Assembly: GCA_002633005.1 (NCBI GenBank) | Contig: NMRA01000439.1 | Coordinates: forward strand, 319,376 to 383,375 | Direction of reading: 5' to 3' | DNA: 64,000 bases | Source of the DNA: Phoronis australis | Lineage: Eukaryota; Animalia; Phoronida | Part shown: piece after piece, positions 1-10,639 of the stretch | How positions within the stretch are numbered: position 1 is the first letter of the stretch | Layout: each line of letters begins with the position of its first letter | The notes under the pieces: model-generated | The model's database searches: none | Told to the model about the DNA's origin: nothing | What the model saw: only the letters and a program-made list of their open reading frames with translations | Program-made: the position numbers and the translations under genes

Positions 1-1620
1 CTAACTCATTAGGTTAACCTTTTGTAGGGAATTTTAAGAGGAAAACGTGCCAACCAGTGAATCTGAGCGGCACGCCCCGTGCATGGTTAAAGTATCAGCC
101 GTGGGTGTAAACAAGTGAATAAGTGTGAATGCGTATTGTGCGGCATCTCGCGGTACGCTAGATATTTTTTATCCAATACGCATGTCTAACTTTGCAGTGA
201 CTTACAGGGGCCCGGGCTTTTGATAACCCGACTCTGATGCCTGTTATTCAGTGTAGAAAACTGGTTCCCAAAAATGCTGGCCACCTGCAGGTGACTATTA
301 CAGGCATGTTGATATATCCCACATACTGAGTGTCACTATGTAACAAAAGGTAGGATGTTCATCTCGTGACCAATGGACCCTAAGCTAGGACACTGAGGAC
401 GCCACAGAATGCATCTGAAAACAATCTCTAGAATTACGTACAGCGGAAAGCAAGGTCACATTCTTCATACTAAAGATGCGAACCCCTAATCAACAACCAT
501 GTTTATACAAGGTTGATAATTTCGATGTCATATCGCTGATTTATTCTGCTATTGTAGTCCCGTGAAGGCTTGTTATCGTATAGTCCTAACTTCAATCGGA
601 AATTCCGAATCCGGAGTGTTCCCTCCTTCACTGAGCATGCGTGGCAAGCCACTAATTAGACCAAAGGCCACTTTGGAAGGGTTGAATTATATTATTAGTG
701 GCCGAAAGTGTAACCGAGACTTACAATGGGGTTGCAAACGTCTGGAAAATCTATCGCATGGTAGATATTTCGAATCCTCAGCGAGATGCTCCGTGTGAAG
801 TTGTAGCGAATAATCCCCGAAACTGCTAGAAAGCGCGGCGTTGTCAAAGGTTGTGACGCCTCGGTATTCCTATCGCTGCGTTCGTGGTGTGAAAGACAAA
901 TTAACCTGACACAACAGTCGCGCGCTTCGGCCGTGGACCTTAGATCCACTGTGCTCTTCCTGTAACCATGTGAGAGGAGCAACTTCATTTTTTCCGTGTG
1001 ACTAGATACTTCTTCAAGCATTTGAAATTCGAAAAGTCCCCGCTACACATTTTTTTTTTCTAAAAACATTATTCATCAAGAGGTAGTATTGTATGCTGCC
1101 TCTTCATACAGTTCAAGCTTAGAAATTGAGACGGTTTTCAAGGTTATATTCATTAACATATCTGATGATGAAAAACGAAACTTAAACTGTGAAAGTCTTC
1201 ACCCGCCCCCCGCCTCCGTGCTAACCAATTCTTTCATAAATTTGGGTGTCATTCCAAGGTGTGTTCATGCGGAGGGTCAAAAGTTTTCTGCTAGTCGTCT
1301 ATTAATTCCTGTAGCAAAACTTTTACATTCACCAATAACCCAAATTCTTATCATGTTTGTTGAAACAAAAGCATCTACCCTGAGAACCAATAGATGTGTG
1401 GAAAATATTCAACCATGGCGGTTTTACGGGATTTGGAATCAAATCGTTCACACTGGCTGCATCCTGTCTCATAGAGACCAATTATAAGTCCTTCACCTTA
1501 TCCATAAGCCGAAAGATGTCAAAGGCGAAACAAGATTAATACTAGTGCAGCCTCTGGGGGCTCGGCGGGGTCATGAACCCTGGTCTTCATTAACAAGCTC
1601 CCCCAGTCAAAACATGTTTA

Positions 1621-2117
1621 AGGTTGCGTAGAACCTTATCGACTTGTCAGCGTAATTAGTCAAATATATACAAAACCATAGATTTTAACTCACTAAAAGT
1701 ACATATTTTCTGGAAACAGAAAGCCTGTAGAAATTGATTTGTTGACTTTATACCAATCTGGTTTTAGTTGGATCACGTGACTACGTCTTTTCAGTAAATT
1801 TACCAAAAGCGAAAGGTACATTCATAGCAAAACAATGGTATCAATAACATGAACAAATTTTATTTGATACAAATGTACAAAATGAAATCTCAAAAACTCT
1901 GTAACAGTTTTCTTTATTATTATTTGGTTTTCGTTTTATGCCAAAGTTGATTTGTTTCCTGAAAATCATAAAAGTCCTATTGTTGATAGCCCTTTATGCG
2001 AAATTGGAAAAACACAATTCTTAACAGTTTTTAGATCAGTATTTGAAAGATTCACATGAATCAGATCTGCCATTTTGCCAAATTTGGGGGTCGTTTTTCA
2101 AAGGTCCTACATAACCT
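1621..2117. mobile_element. Non-autonomous Kolobok-like DNA transposon (MITE)
   Basis: The left end AGGTTGCGTAGAACCTT and the reverse complement of the right end AGGTTATGTAGGACCTT match at 14/17. Flanks are TTTA (left) and TTAA (right). AGG termini in a TTAA target are typical of Kolobok. No coding capacity. Confidence 0.6.
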
Positions 2118-2280
2118 TTAATTGCACGCACCCTTGTTCATTGATAAACCATCAATCCCATGATTCTTGAGCCCTTATCTTCTTAAACCCGACCTCTTAG
2201 ACACTGATTACGCTTATATGTAGACTAACATATCCAAAGACGACAGTCCAGGGAAATTCTAAGGAACACGTTGAAAAGGA

Positions 2281-2382
2281 ATGGCTGACCAGCAGACGAC
2301 GGTGCTTCATGCTGGTGACCTCACCGGCAGACGACTGAGGAACTTTAAGACAGGCTTGGTTTTATCTTCGTTCTTTGTTCTG
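2281..2382 (+). CDS. MFS transporter (MFSD4/NaGLT1-like), coding exon 1
   Basis: ATG at 2281 with an in-frame TGA upstream at 2272. Encodes MADQQTTVLHAGDLTGRRLRNFKTGLVLSSFFVL, followed by donor GTAATG at 2383 (phase 0). Joins in frame to exon 2 to complete TM1. Confidence 0.8.
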
Positions 2383-3057
2383 GTAATGAAAAAATACGAA
2401 ACGAAGCAAATTTTGAAACGTGAACCCCTAGACATATGAAACGTTGACGACGCATTGAGCTTTCTCATAGGTAGACGCAGGTGGACAACGTATGATGCAA
2501 CATTTCATTGTTTTTTCAGATGTGTTTGCATAAATATTCACGAAGTATTTCTCTAAAGCTACAATAAACTCCCTTTCGGTCAAAAAAGAACTTTTAGTTT
2601 AGGCTACTTATCGTTACTAAAACCTAATTCAATCTGTCCCTTACTAAGATTAGGAGTCATTTCTAAGCTTAGGATTAGCTGATAGTTCGTTATTGTTTGA
2701 GATCATGCAGAGAATGACCTGCCGGGTCAACACAACCTTGTCTAAATTACTCTTAAGCAATAACAAACTTTCAGCTATTCCCAAGCCGAGATTATAATTG
2801 AGGACATCAAATAAATTGAGATCAACGTCGTATTAGTAACTGGCGTTAATTGAAAGTTAGGTTTTCGAAGTTTAACATCGGCTTGTAGAATTGGTTGACA
2901 ACTGAGAGTCCTCGCCATTAGCACTGTCACGTGATAAGCTTTAGAAACTGGAAGGCACGTTTAACTAAAAACGGATACCTCTTAACCTAGGTCACATGCT
3001 TAGTTGACTGGAATGTAGTATCATTGAGATGAAATAGCGTTTATCAGAGGGAACATA

Positions 3058-3281
3058 TTCTTCATCTTTTTATTTCTCTTGTTGCTCCTCTTCCTCTATC
3101 TTCTTTTCCTTAAATCCGTTTTCTTTCTCCTCACTTTCTATTCCTCTTCCATTCCTCTTTCTCTTCCTTTTTCGCTTTTTTATTCCCTTCTTCCTCCGTT
3201 TCTTCTTCTCCTTTCTCTTTTTCTTCGTTATCTTCTTCTCGCTCTTCTTCTCCTCCTTTTCTATTTCTTCGTCTTCTTCCC
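3058..3281. repeat. Polypyrimidine (TTC/CTT-rich) low-complexity tract in intron 1
   Basis: About 220 nt that are almost entirely C/T on the + strand. It produces spurious K/E-rich and L/F-rich ORFs. Confidence 0.9.
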
Positions 3282-3512
3282 GAACAAACGCCAATCGGCG
3301 GACAACTTAGCCAGTTGATGACCACATGCAGCCCACGGAAACCATCCACAAAGATAATGCCTATAGCATAATGATCCGATTATGAACAATCTCATGCAGT
3401 GTGTACCTTGTATGTGTGCTGAGTCCCGAGGGAAAATGTCCAACAGCACGTACTGGAAGTGGTTCCATGTCCTTTCAAAACTTTAATGGATTACAAGTAT
3501 TTAGCAAAGTAC

Positions 3513-3678
3513 ATTGGCGGATCTAGAAAGTAGTGCGAGTGCCCCAACTACACTTTTCGATTATGTTGTATACGTAAGCCCCAAAAACGGCATATTGGCG
3601 GATCTAGATAGTAGTAAGAGTGACACAACTGCTCTTTTTGAGAAAGACGTATACGCAGGCCCTGAAAACGGCACATTG
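3513..3678. repeat. Tandem duplication of an 81-bp unit (2 copies)
   Basis: ATTGGCGGATCTAGA...GTATACG...AAAACGGCA is repeated at 3513 and 3594. Confidence 0.8.
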
Positions 3679-3799
3679 ACGTTCTTTTCTGGTCGTATTC
3701 GAAAGCAGGGAACTTCTACTGCCTATAAACTGTGATAAGTGTAAAGTTTAAAACTGTGGGCAAATGGCCCTGTGAGTTTTGAAAATAAACTTTTTGGTT

Positions 3800-5545
3800 G
3801 TTATGCGCCCACATACTTATATGTGGTCGAATATTGCGGCGTACGTCGTCCGGTGTCCGGGCGTCCGTCGTCCAGCGTCTGGCGTCCGCAGCAGTAGCTC
3901 CTAAACTCCTCGCAGGATCTTGATGAGATTTGGCAGATGTGTTCCTATGAAGCTGATGACGGACGACGATGAACGTTGGACCTCTCCGACTACCGGTGTA
4001 ACCCCGAGGGGCAATTTTAGCTTTTTACACTTACCTCTGTATCTTCGGAGGTTCTCAACGGATTTTCATAAAATTTGTCAGGTTGGCATCTATTAGTGAC
4101 ATGATGTCATACTACCGTTTTCGGACGGATTCGAGGTACCTTGCGCCACCTAGTGGCCATTTTTACTGTCTTCGAGTCTGTTTTTGGCGTCCACCCTTCT
4201 ATCAATGAAACCGCTCAAGGAAGATTGTGAAGAGGACCGGGCTGACGATGATTTTCCGCGATTTCGACTACTGTGGTGCCCTCTATATAGTGGTAGTTTT
4301 TTTTTGCGTCCATGTCTGTATCTCGTCCTAAACCGTTTGTAGAATCTTTACTAAATTTAGCAAGTGTATTTATATGATGTTGACAACGGACGATGAAAAC
4401 AGGCACATATGTTCTTACTGTCAAGAGGGCAGCTGGCAATGATTTTCCGACGACTTCGACTACTGTGGTACCTCCTAGTGGCAGGTTTGTTTGTTTTGCG
4501 CCCAATAGATTTTTATTGAATATTGCTGGTGTATTTATATGAAGTTAACAACAGAGGACGACGATTTTCGGACGGATCAGACTACAGATAGTAATTTTAG
4601 TTTCTTACGTTCATCTCTGTATCTTCAAAGCAATCAACGTTTGTCGACAGATTTTTATAAAATTTGGCAGATTGGCATGTAATAGAGAGATGACATTATA
4701 ATTCGGTTTTCGCTTGACTTGGAGGCATTTTGCGTCACGTAGTGTCCATTTTTACTGTTTTCGAGTCTGTTTTTGGCATCTGCCCCTCTTTCAGCCAAAG
4801 CACTATGAGAATGATTGTGCAAATTGGCAAGTATGTTTCTAATGTAAAGAGGACGACTGACGATGATTTTCTTACGACCTCGACATCTTTGGCACCTCCT
4901 AGTGTCATTTTTCTTTTACGCTCATGGCTGTATTTCCTAAAACCTTTGCAGGATCTTTATTAAATTTAGCAAGTGTATTTATATGAATTTGACAACAAAC
5001 GACGACGACTTTCGGATGGACCGGACTACCAGTGTGCTCCCTAGTGGCAATTTTAATGTATCTTCAAAGGTCCCCAACGGATTTAGTATTAGTGAGCTGA
5101 TGCTATCCTTCGGTGTTCAGTTTGATTCGTGGTATTTTGCGGCACCTAGAGGCCATTTTTACTGTTTTCGAGTCTTGATATTTGGCGTCTGCCCCTCTGT
5201 AAACCAAACCACTCTAAGGATGGCTGGGGACATTGGCATGTATGTTCCTAATGTGAAGAGGAAGTCTGATGATGATTTTCCGACGCCTCTTAATGGCAGT
5301 TATGTTTTTTTCGCCTATAGCCCCCTAGTGGCAATTTCATTTTTCTCGTTTTCGTCGATTTCGCAGAAGTTCTTTTACGGATTTTTATGAAATTTTGCAA
5401 ATAGCTTTGATGACAAATACCAATTTTCGGATGTATTCGACGTATTTTGCGTCATCTAATGGCCATTTCTATGTTCCAAATAAACACCCCTAGAAGCACA
5501 CCACGGTTAGCGGTGCATTTCAGCGCTCCGCGTAGCTGTTGTTTT
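3800..5545 (+). mobile_element. Helentron-associated (HINE/DINE-1-like) non-autonomous element with internal tandem repeats
   Basis: It has a 5' short hairpin (CCACATA/TATGTGG) and a CGTCC/CGTCG microsatellite-like tract at 3844-3888. About 10 degenerate ~140-170 bp units follow, anchored by GATTTT..AAATTTGGCA, and it ends in a T-rich tract. This is the characteristic HINE layout. Confidence 0.65.
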
Positions 5546-5676
5546 GTTTTTGTTGTTTGTTGTTGTATCGTTTAAAATGGGATTTTAGCTGCGATTTCAC
5601 GGATGTGGCACAACAAACAGGTTTTGGAAAAAGTGAAACAGTTTAATAACACATAGGCATCTATTGTTTTTTGCAG

Positions 5677-5757
5677 GGACTAGCCATTAACATAACGGGA
5701 ACCACCATCTTTGACCTGAGCACGCGCTCGCGTGTTGACATCTCCGGAGTTTCACAA
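5677..5757 (+). CDS. MFS transporter, coding exon 2
   Basis: Acceptor TTTTTTGCAG and donor GTAAGG bound an 81-nt exon encoding GLAINITGTTIFDLSTRSRVDISGVSQ. This resembles the MFSD4-family G-x4-GPTLLDL segment. Confidence 0.85.
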
Positions 5758-6929
5758 GTAAGGACTTGTGGTTTCTAGTTGCTTACCTTGGTCACATGAT
5801 ATTGCAATGATTGTGCTACTTGTGTCCTTGTATTGTATCTTTTGAATTTATCTTTTTTAAAACTATGGGGAGCCTTCTGAAATGCTAACTTTCACGCGTC
5901 ATTTTAGTTAGAAATATACTCGCTATAAAAGCAGCACCTATATGGAAATGAGGCCCTGTGCAATGATGATAAACGACACACAGAATTCCATGGTAGACGA
6001 TCTTTTGATTTGGACGTTTGTCGTAGACATATGGTTCGGTAATATGCCTGAGACGTATAGAGAATCATTTTGCTGTTTTATTTAACGCCTTGCAGTTTTG
6101 CGTGTGTCAAAAAACGAGAACTTGTAAAGAATGAGTCGATTTAGTCAGTTCTTATGTTTGCAGCAACCACAAGCCACAAAGGCATTTCTCAATAGATAGA
6201 GGGGTATACTGATGCTTTTCGGCTCAAAATCAACCAGTCGGAATGTTGAATGTTATCTCGTTCGGTTAACCGATGAGAAACCGTGTAGCACCGGGAAAGG
6301 GTGCTCGAGAGCTAAAGTTTCATGGAGCTGAAATGGCGAGTTTTCTCTCGTAATTCAACATTCAATTATATAATCACTCATGAAGCTGCGGTCATTTTGC
6401 TCGTGATCCGCTGTTTCCAATACTTTTTCCCTAGCGTAATCATTACGTAATAACCTTGCGTGTCAACTTGCAAAACAAGCCCAAGCGGCCGCAACCTAGA
6501 CGATGGTCGTCAGCATCGTCTTTTTATTTTTTTTAACTTGAATAAAATCCAGGCCTCAAAAGTTTATCTAGCATGAGGTTGGCGGTAATTATGACACTGG
6601 TCTAAGACCTCATCTACCGATTTCTCTGCGCGCGCCCATAGTGTCGTCACGGTCTTTCAAGACACCAGTTGAATTCTTAACTTTCTTGCCATCTTCTTAA
6701 CCCCGAACAGGAAAAAAGGTAAAAAAAATCCACCGATAGCACTACAGCAAATGATGAAAGGCTTCTGCTAAGTTTATCTCATAAACGAAATTGTATTGTG
6801 ATAGGATTGCATTTTTCTTAAAAAAATCGCCATCATGTTCGCGCTTCAGAACTCCGGGCAATACATTGCATGGCACTAAATTGTAAGAACATTCATCTTT
6901 CACAACGCAAATCATTACCGTGTTTTCAG

Positions 6930-7140
6930 CTGTTGTCATTGGCCAGTATAGCTGCACTTCTCGCTGCCTTCGCATCCGGGTTACTCGTGGATAAATGGCC
7001 AGTCAACGACAATTTGATGTTGGTCGTTGCGTTGACTGTGGGAGCCGCGTCGTGTTTTGTCAAGCCACTAGAGGGCAGCCCACTTGTTCTAGGTGCTGGG
7101 TTTTGTCTTCAAGGAATTGCTCAAGGAATGCACATTACAA
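6930..7140 (+). CDS. MFS transporter, coding exon 3
   Basis: Acceptor TGTTTTCAG, donor GTAAGT at 7141 (phase 1). Hydrophobic helices with the motif-A-like GLLVDKW. Confidence 0.9.
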
Positions 7141-7614
7141 GTAAGTGAATGCTAAATAATGGCATAGAAAACATTTATTTTGCGTATATCGGCAGAAAAT
7201 AAATTTTCCTTCAGACAGGTTTTGTTTGTCTTTAAGGCTCTGATTGGCTGCAGGCTGATCTCGTGTGTACGTCATTAGAAACGTAATTAAGTGCACACAA
7301 CATAATTTTTTCTAATTTGTTTCAAAAGATCTTACTTCAATTGTTTGTGAATGTTATACATACGAACAGTGTAACCATGTTTTAAACTGAAAGAAAAATT
7401 TAAGAACGGTATGGCACGCTTCACGTTGGCATTCATGAAGTATGCGCTTGAAGTCTTACGAAAAAAATGACGTCTTGGTTACTTGAAAGAAAAGATTATG
7501 CGAATTCTAGAAGGGTTAAATATATGTTCGTATGAGCCGAGAGTCACATTTCAGACTAAATTGATTGTCTCTATAGTTTCTGTATCAAAAATGGAACAAT
7601 TTTTACAATTCTAG

Positions 7615-8654
7615 TTGGTGACGTGATGCAATTGACACTGTGGGGTGAATCGGCCAATCCGGTGTTGTTTGCTTCTCACATGACCTTCGCCGTCGGTTTG
7701 ATGGTGGCTCCCATATCCGCGAGTCCATTCATAGCGTCTTTGCCAACGACAGGAAATGAGACCACACCCAATATCACCAGTGACCGTGCAATTAATTCTA
7801 CAGAACAAAACTCCACAGAATCAAGAATTGAAATACCCTATGGCATCATCGGAGGACTGTACTTGATTCTGGCTGTCATGTTCACCGTTCTTCATTGCAG
7901 AAGGTCTTGCAGGGATTCAGAAATGAACTCTCCTAAAACTCATAAGTCAGAAAGGACTGGTTCTTTTAAAGAAAACGCTCAAGGGAATGTGTTATTTGGT
8001 GTTGCAATGTTAGTGTATATTGTTTTATTTTACACACTGCTTGTAGGGGCATATACACCCTTGCAGACATTCATTTTTACTTTTGCTGCCAAAAGTAACC
8101 TCGATTTCGACAAAACGGAAGCAGCATTGCTGGACTCCATGTATTCCTTCGCGCAAGTCCTTGGTCGAGCCTTATCCGCCTTAGTCCGTCTGAAGTCACC
8201 CATTCAACCAATTTTATTTATTTCTTCTTACGCTGTTCTGGGCTTCCTAATTCTACTAGTTTTCTACAGTCTCGAAGGAAAAGTGTATCTATGGTCGCTC
8301 AGTTTGTCTGTGTCGTTTTTCCTCGCTCCAATTTGGCCAGCGGGGATTGCATGGGTTGATCGCTACATGAAAGTCACCGGTTTTGTTGCGTCCATGTCTG
8401 GTATTGGTGGGTCTATTGGAACCTTCATCGTTCAACCACTGACTGGTTATTTAATACAAAATAGGGGACCTATTTACTTGATGTACATAGTGCTGGTGTC
8501 TGTAGCGGGCTTGTGTGCTCTGTTGATTGCCATGCAGGTTACCGGATGCATCGTCGGGGACAGGTATAAAAAGTCTAGGAAGATGACGACAGCTAAAAAA
8601 GCACTGGACGTCAACGGAAACGTGTGGACAGTGAGTGAAGAAACGAAATTATGA
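7615..8654 (+). CDS. MFS transporter, terminal coding exon 4 (full CDS 1434 nt, 477 aa)
   Basis: The acceptor CTAG at 7611-7614 restores the frame (A|TT = Ile). Contains LWGE..P...SHMTFAVGLMVAP, IEIPYGIIG, GR and APIWP motifs plus multiple TM helices typical of MFSD4-like proteins. The four exon lengths sum to a multiple of 3. Confidence 0.92.
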
Positions 8655-9029
8655 GTATTAAACTATGCAATGGAAGAAATTGTTGTGTTGAGCGCTGGTT
8701 TCCATGTGGACAAGCATTTCCCTTTGCATAAACGGAAACAAGAGACGTTATGAAGTGCAAAGCTTGTGCTCTGTATACAGGGGCTGCGTTTCGTAGAGCC
8801 AAGAAATTATCATACCCTTGGGGCAAAAAATCTTCGCTTATGTAACGGAAACAGTGAATTCAAACTCACAATTCAACATTTTGACCTCATCGACTAATCA
8901 ATTTACTGGCTGCCATTTTGGCAGACTTTACTAACCTCCCAATAATACTTGCGAAACACTCGCTTAATTTGGCGATGTCTTGCAAGTTTTTGCTTTTCTG
9001 CATGAAACTAGGCAAGGACGGCTCTCCAG

Positions 9030-9323
9030 GCGTGCGTTCAGTAACGCTAGGACCTACGATAGGACCTAGCTAAAGTCACGTGTTCTCATTTAAAATAACA
9101 CGGCAATATCTCATGTAATCTCGCCAACTCTTGCTTTTTAGCGAGGTCCTAGCGTTACTGAACGGGAGGCAGCCTCCCGTTCAATAACGCTAGGACCTCA
9201 CTAAAAAGCAAGATTTCGCGAGATTACGTGAGATATTGCCATGTATTTTAACTGAGAACACGTGACTTTAGCTAGATTTTAGCTAAGTCCTAGCGTAGGT
9301 CCTAACCGTTACTGAACGTACGC
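9030..9323. mobile_element. Inverted dimer of a ~145-bp MITE (PIF/Harbinger-like, CAG TSD)
   Basis: Copy A (9030-9169) and inverted copy B (9173-9323) each have CGTTCAGTAACGCTAGGACCT-type TIRs. CAG occurs at 9027-9029, 9170-9172 and 9324-9326. Confidence 0.8.
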
Positions 9324-9355
9324 CAGGTCTCACAAGAACAATGCACTTCGGGCGT

Positions 9356-10409
9356 GCGGTCAGTAGACGCAAGATTAAACAAACGGACAATCGCCGCACA
9401 AGTAAAAACGTTCATACTGATTCGACGTTTCGTCTAATCATTAGCCATCATCAGGCTATAAACAATAAGACATCATCAAGTGTCGACATACCAGTCAGGT
9501 TACTTCGGTGAAATGAGTGTAGCAAGAAATACAGGGCATTGTAATCGGTCATTGCCACAGCTGTAAAGTCACTGAGCTCTGCGTGTTATTCAGAGAACCA
9601 GCAGCATGCTGGTCCTGCATGGCCAATGACTTTTTATTGTACAGTAATTCCTGGATAGGTTCTCTACCTATATACTGACTGAATTGGCTTGGTGCTTGTT
9701 GCTAACACAATGCTTGTAGACGTTGCTTTTGTCTGAGGTGTGATGTTATCTCACTCTGTCACAATAGGCTTCTCTGTGTGAGTCCGATGTAGAATTCCTT
9801 ACAGTTATCACATTCAATCTTATAAAATGCATGTTGGCTCTGTTTCGGTATACTTGCAGACTTCCTATTGTGTGATACATTCNGCGGTCAGTAGACGCAA
9901 GATTAAACAAACGGACAATCGCCGCACAAATAAAAACGTTCATACTGATTCGACGTTTCGTCTAATCATTAGCCATCATCAGGCTATAAACAATAAGACA
10001 TCATCAAGTGTCGACATACCAGTCAGGTTACTTCGGTGAAATGACTGTAGCAAGAAATACAGGGCATTGTAATCGGTATTGCCACAGCTGTAAAGTCACT
10101 GAGCTCTGCGTGTTATTCAGAGAACCAGCAGCATGCTGGTCCTGCATGGCCAATGACTTTTTATTGTACAGTAATTCCTGGATAGGTTCTCTACCTATAT
10201 ACTGACTGAATTGGCTTGGTGCTTGTTGCTAACACAATGCTTGTAGACGTTGCTTTTGTCTGAGGTGTGATGTTATCTCACTCTGTCACAATAGGCTTCT
10301 CTGTGTGAGTCCGATGTAGAATTCCTTACAGTTATCACATTCAATCTTATAAAATGCATGTTGGCTCTGTTTCGGTATACTTGCAGACTTCCTATTGTGT
10401 GATACATTC
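9356..10409 (-). mobile_element. 3' fragment of a Penelope-like element (GIY-YIG relic plus hammerhead-like motif), present as two near-identical tandem copies
   Basis: The minus strand reads YKIECDNCKEFYIGLTQRSL and then, frameshifted, DRVR*HHTSDKSNVYKHC. Downstream lies CTGATGA-TG-stem-GAAACGTC. Copies 9356-9882 and 9884-10409 differ at about 3 positions and are joined by a single n. Confidence 0.75.
9424..9454 (-). ncRNA. Minimal type I hammerhead-ribozyme-like motif (second copy at 9952-9982)
   Basis: Minus strand CTGATGA T GGCTAATGATTAGAC GAAA CGTC. It has both catalytic boxes, a stem II and a palindromic ACGT in place of stem III. Stem I is weak. Confidence 0.55.
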
Positions 10410-10465
10410 ACACTCTGTGCTTGTTTGCCCCTCTACCTGATGTTTATTTCGCTTCGTTTCACCTA

Positions 10466-10504
10466 TTACCTGATGACGAGACATGTCGTCTCGAAATACA
10501 GCAA
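10466..10504 (+). ncRNA. Degenerate hammerhead-ribozyme-like motif
   Basis: TTAC CTGATGA C GAGAC-ATGTC-GTCTC GAAA TACA GCAA. Stem II is a perfect 5 bp, but the UH cleavage dinucleotide is mutated. Confidence 0.4.
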
Positions 10505-10639
10505 CTATATTAACTTGTTTGTACTTTATATCTCTTGGTGTTTTGCTTCATAACTGCAAGCCCGAAGAAATGAGATTGAATAGAGACTACGAGCAAGTAT
10601 ATATTAAGCTGTCTAACAAAAAGTACAGTCGAAACTGCG

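Noticed and set aside
3070-3349. K/E/R-rich and L/F-rich ORFs on both strands
   Set aside because: These are artefacts of the low-complexity pyrimidine tract inside an intron.
3514-3735. ORF with two 27-aa repeats (LADL.SS...VY..P.NG)
   Set aside because: It reflects an 81-bp DNA tandem duplication in an intron, has a TTG start and has no splice or homology support.
3900-5470. CRISPR-like repeat/spacer array
   Set aside because: The units are long, degenerate and homologous throughout, with no unique spacers. The context is a eukaryotic intron and there are no cas genes.
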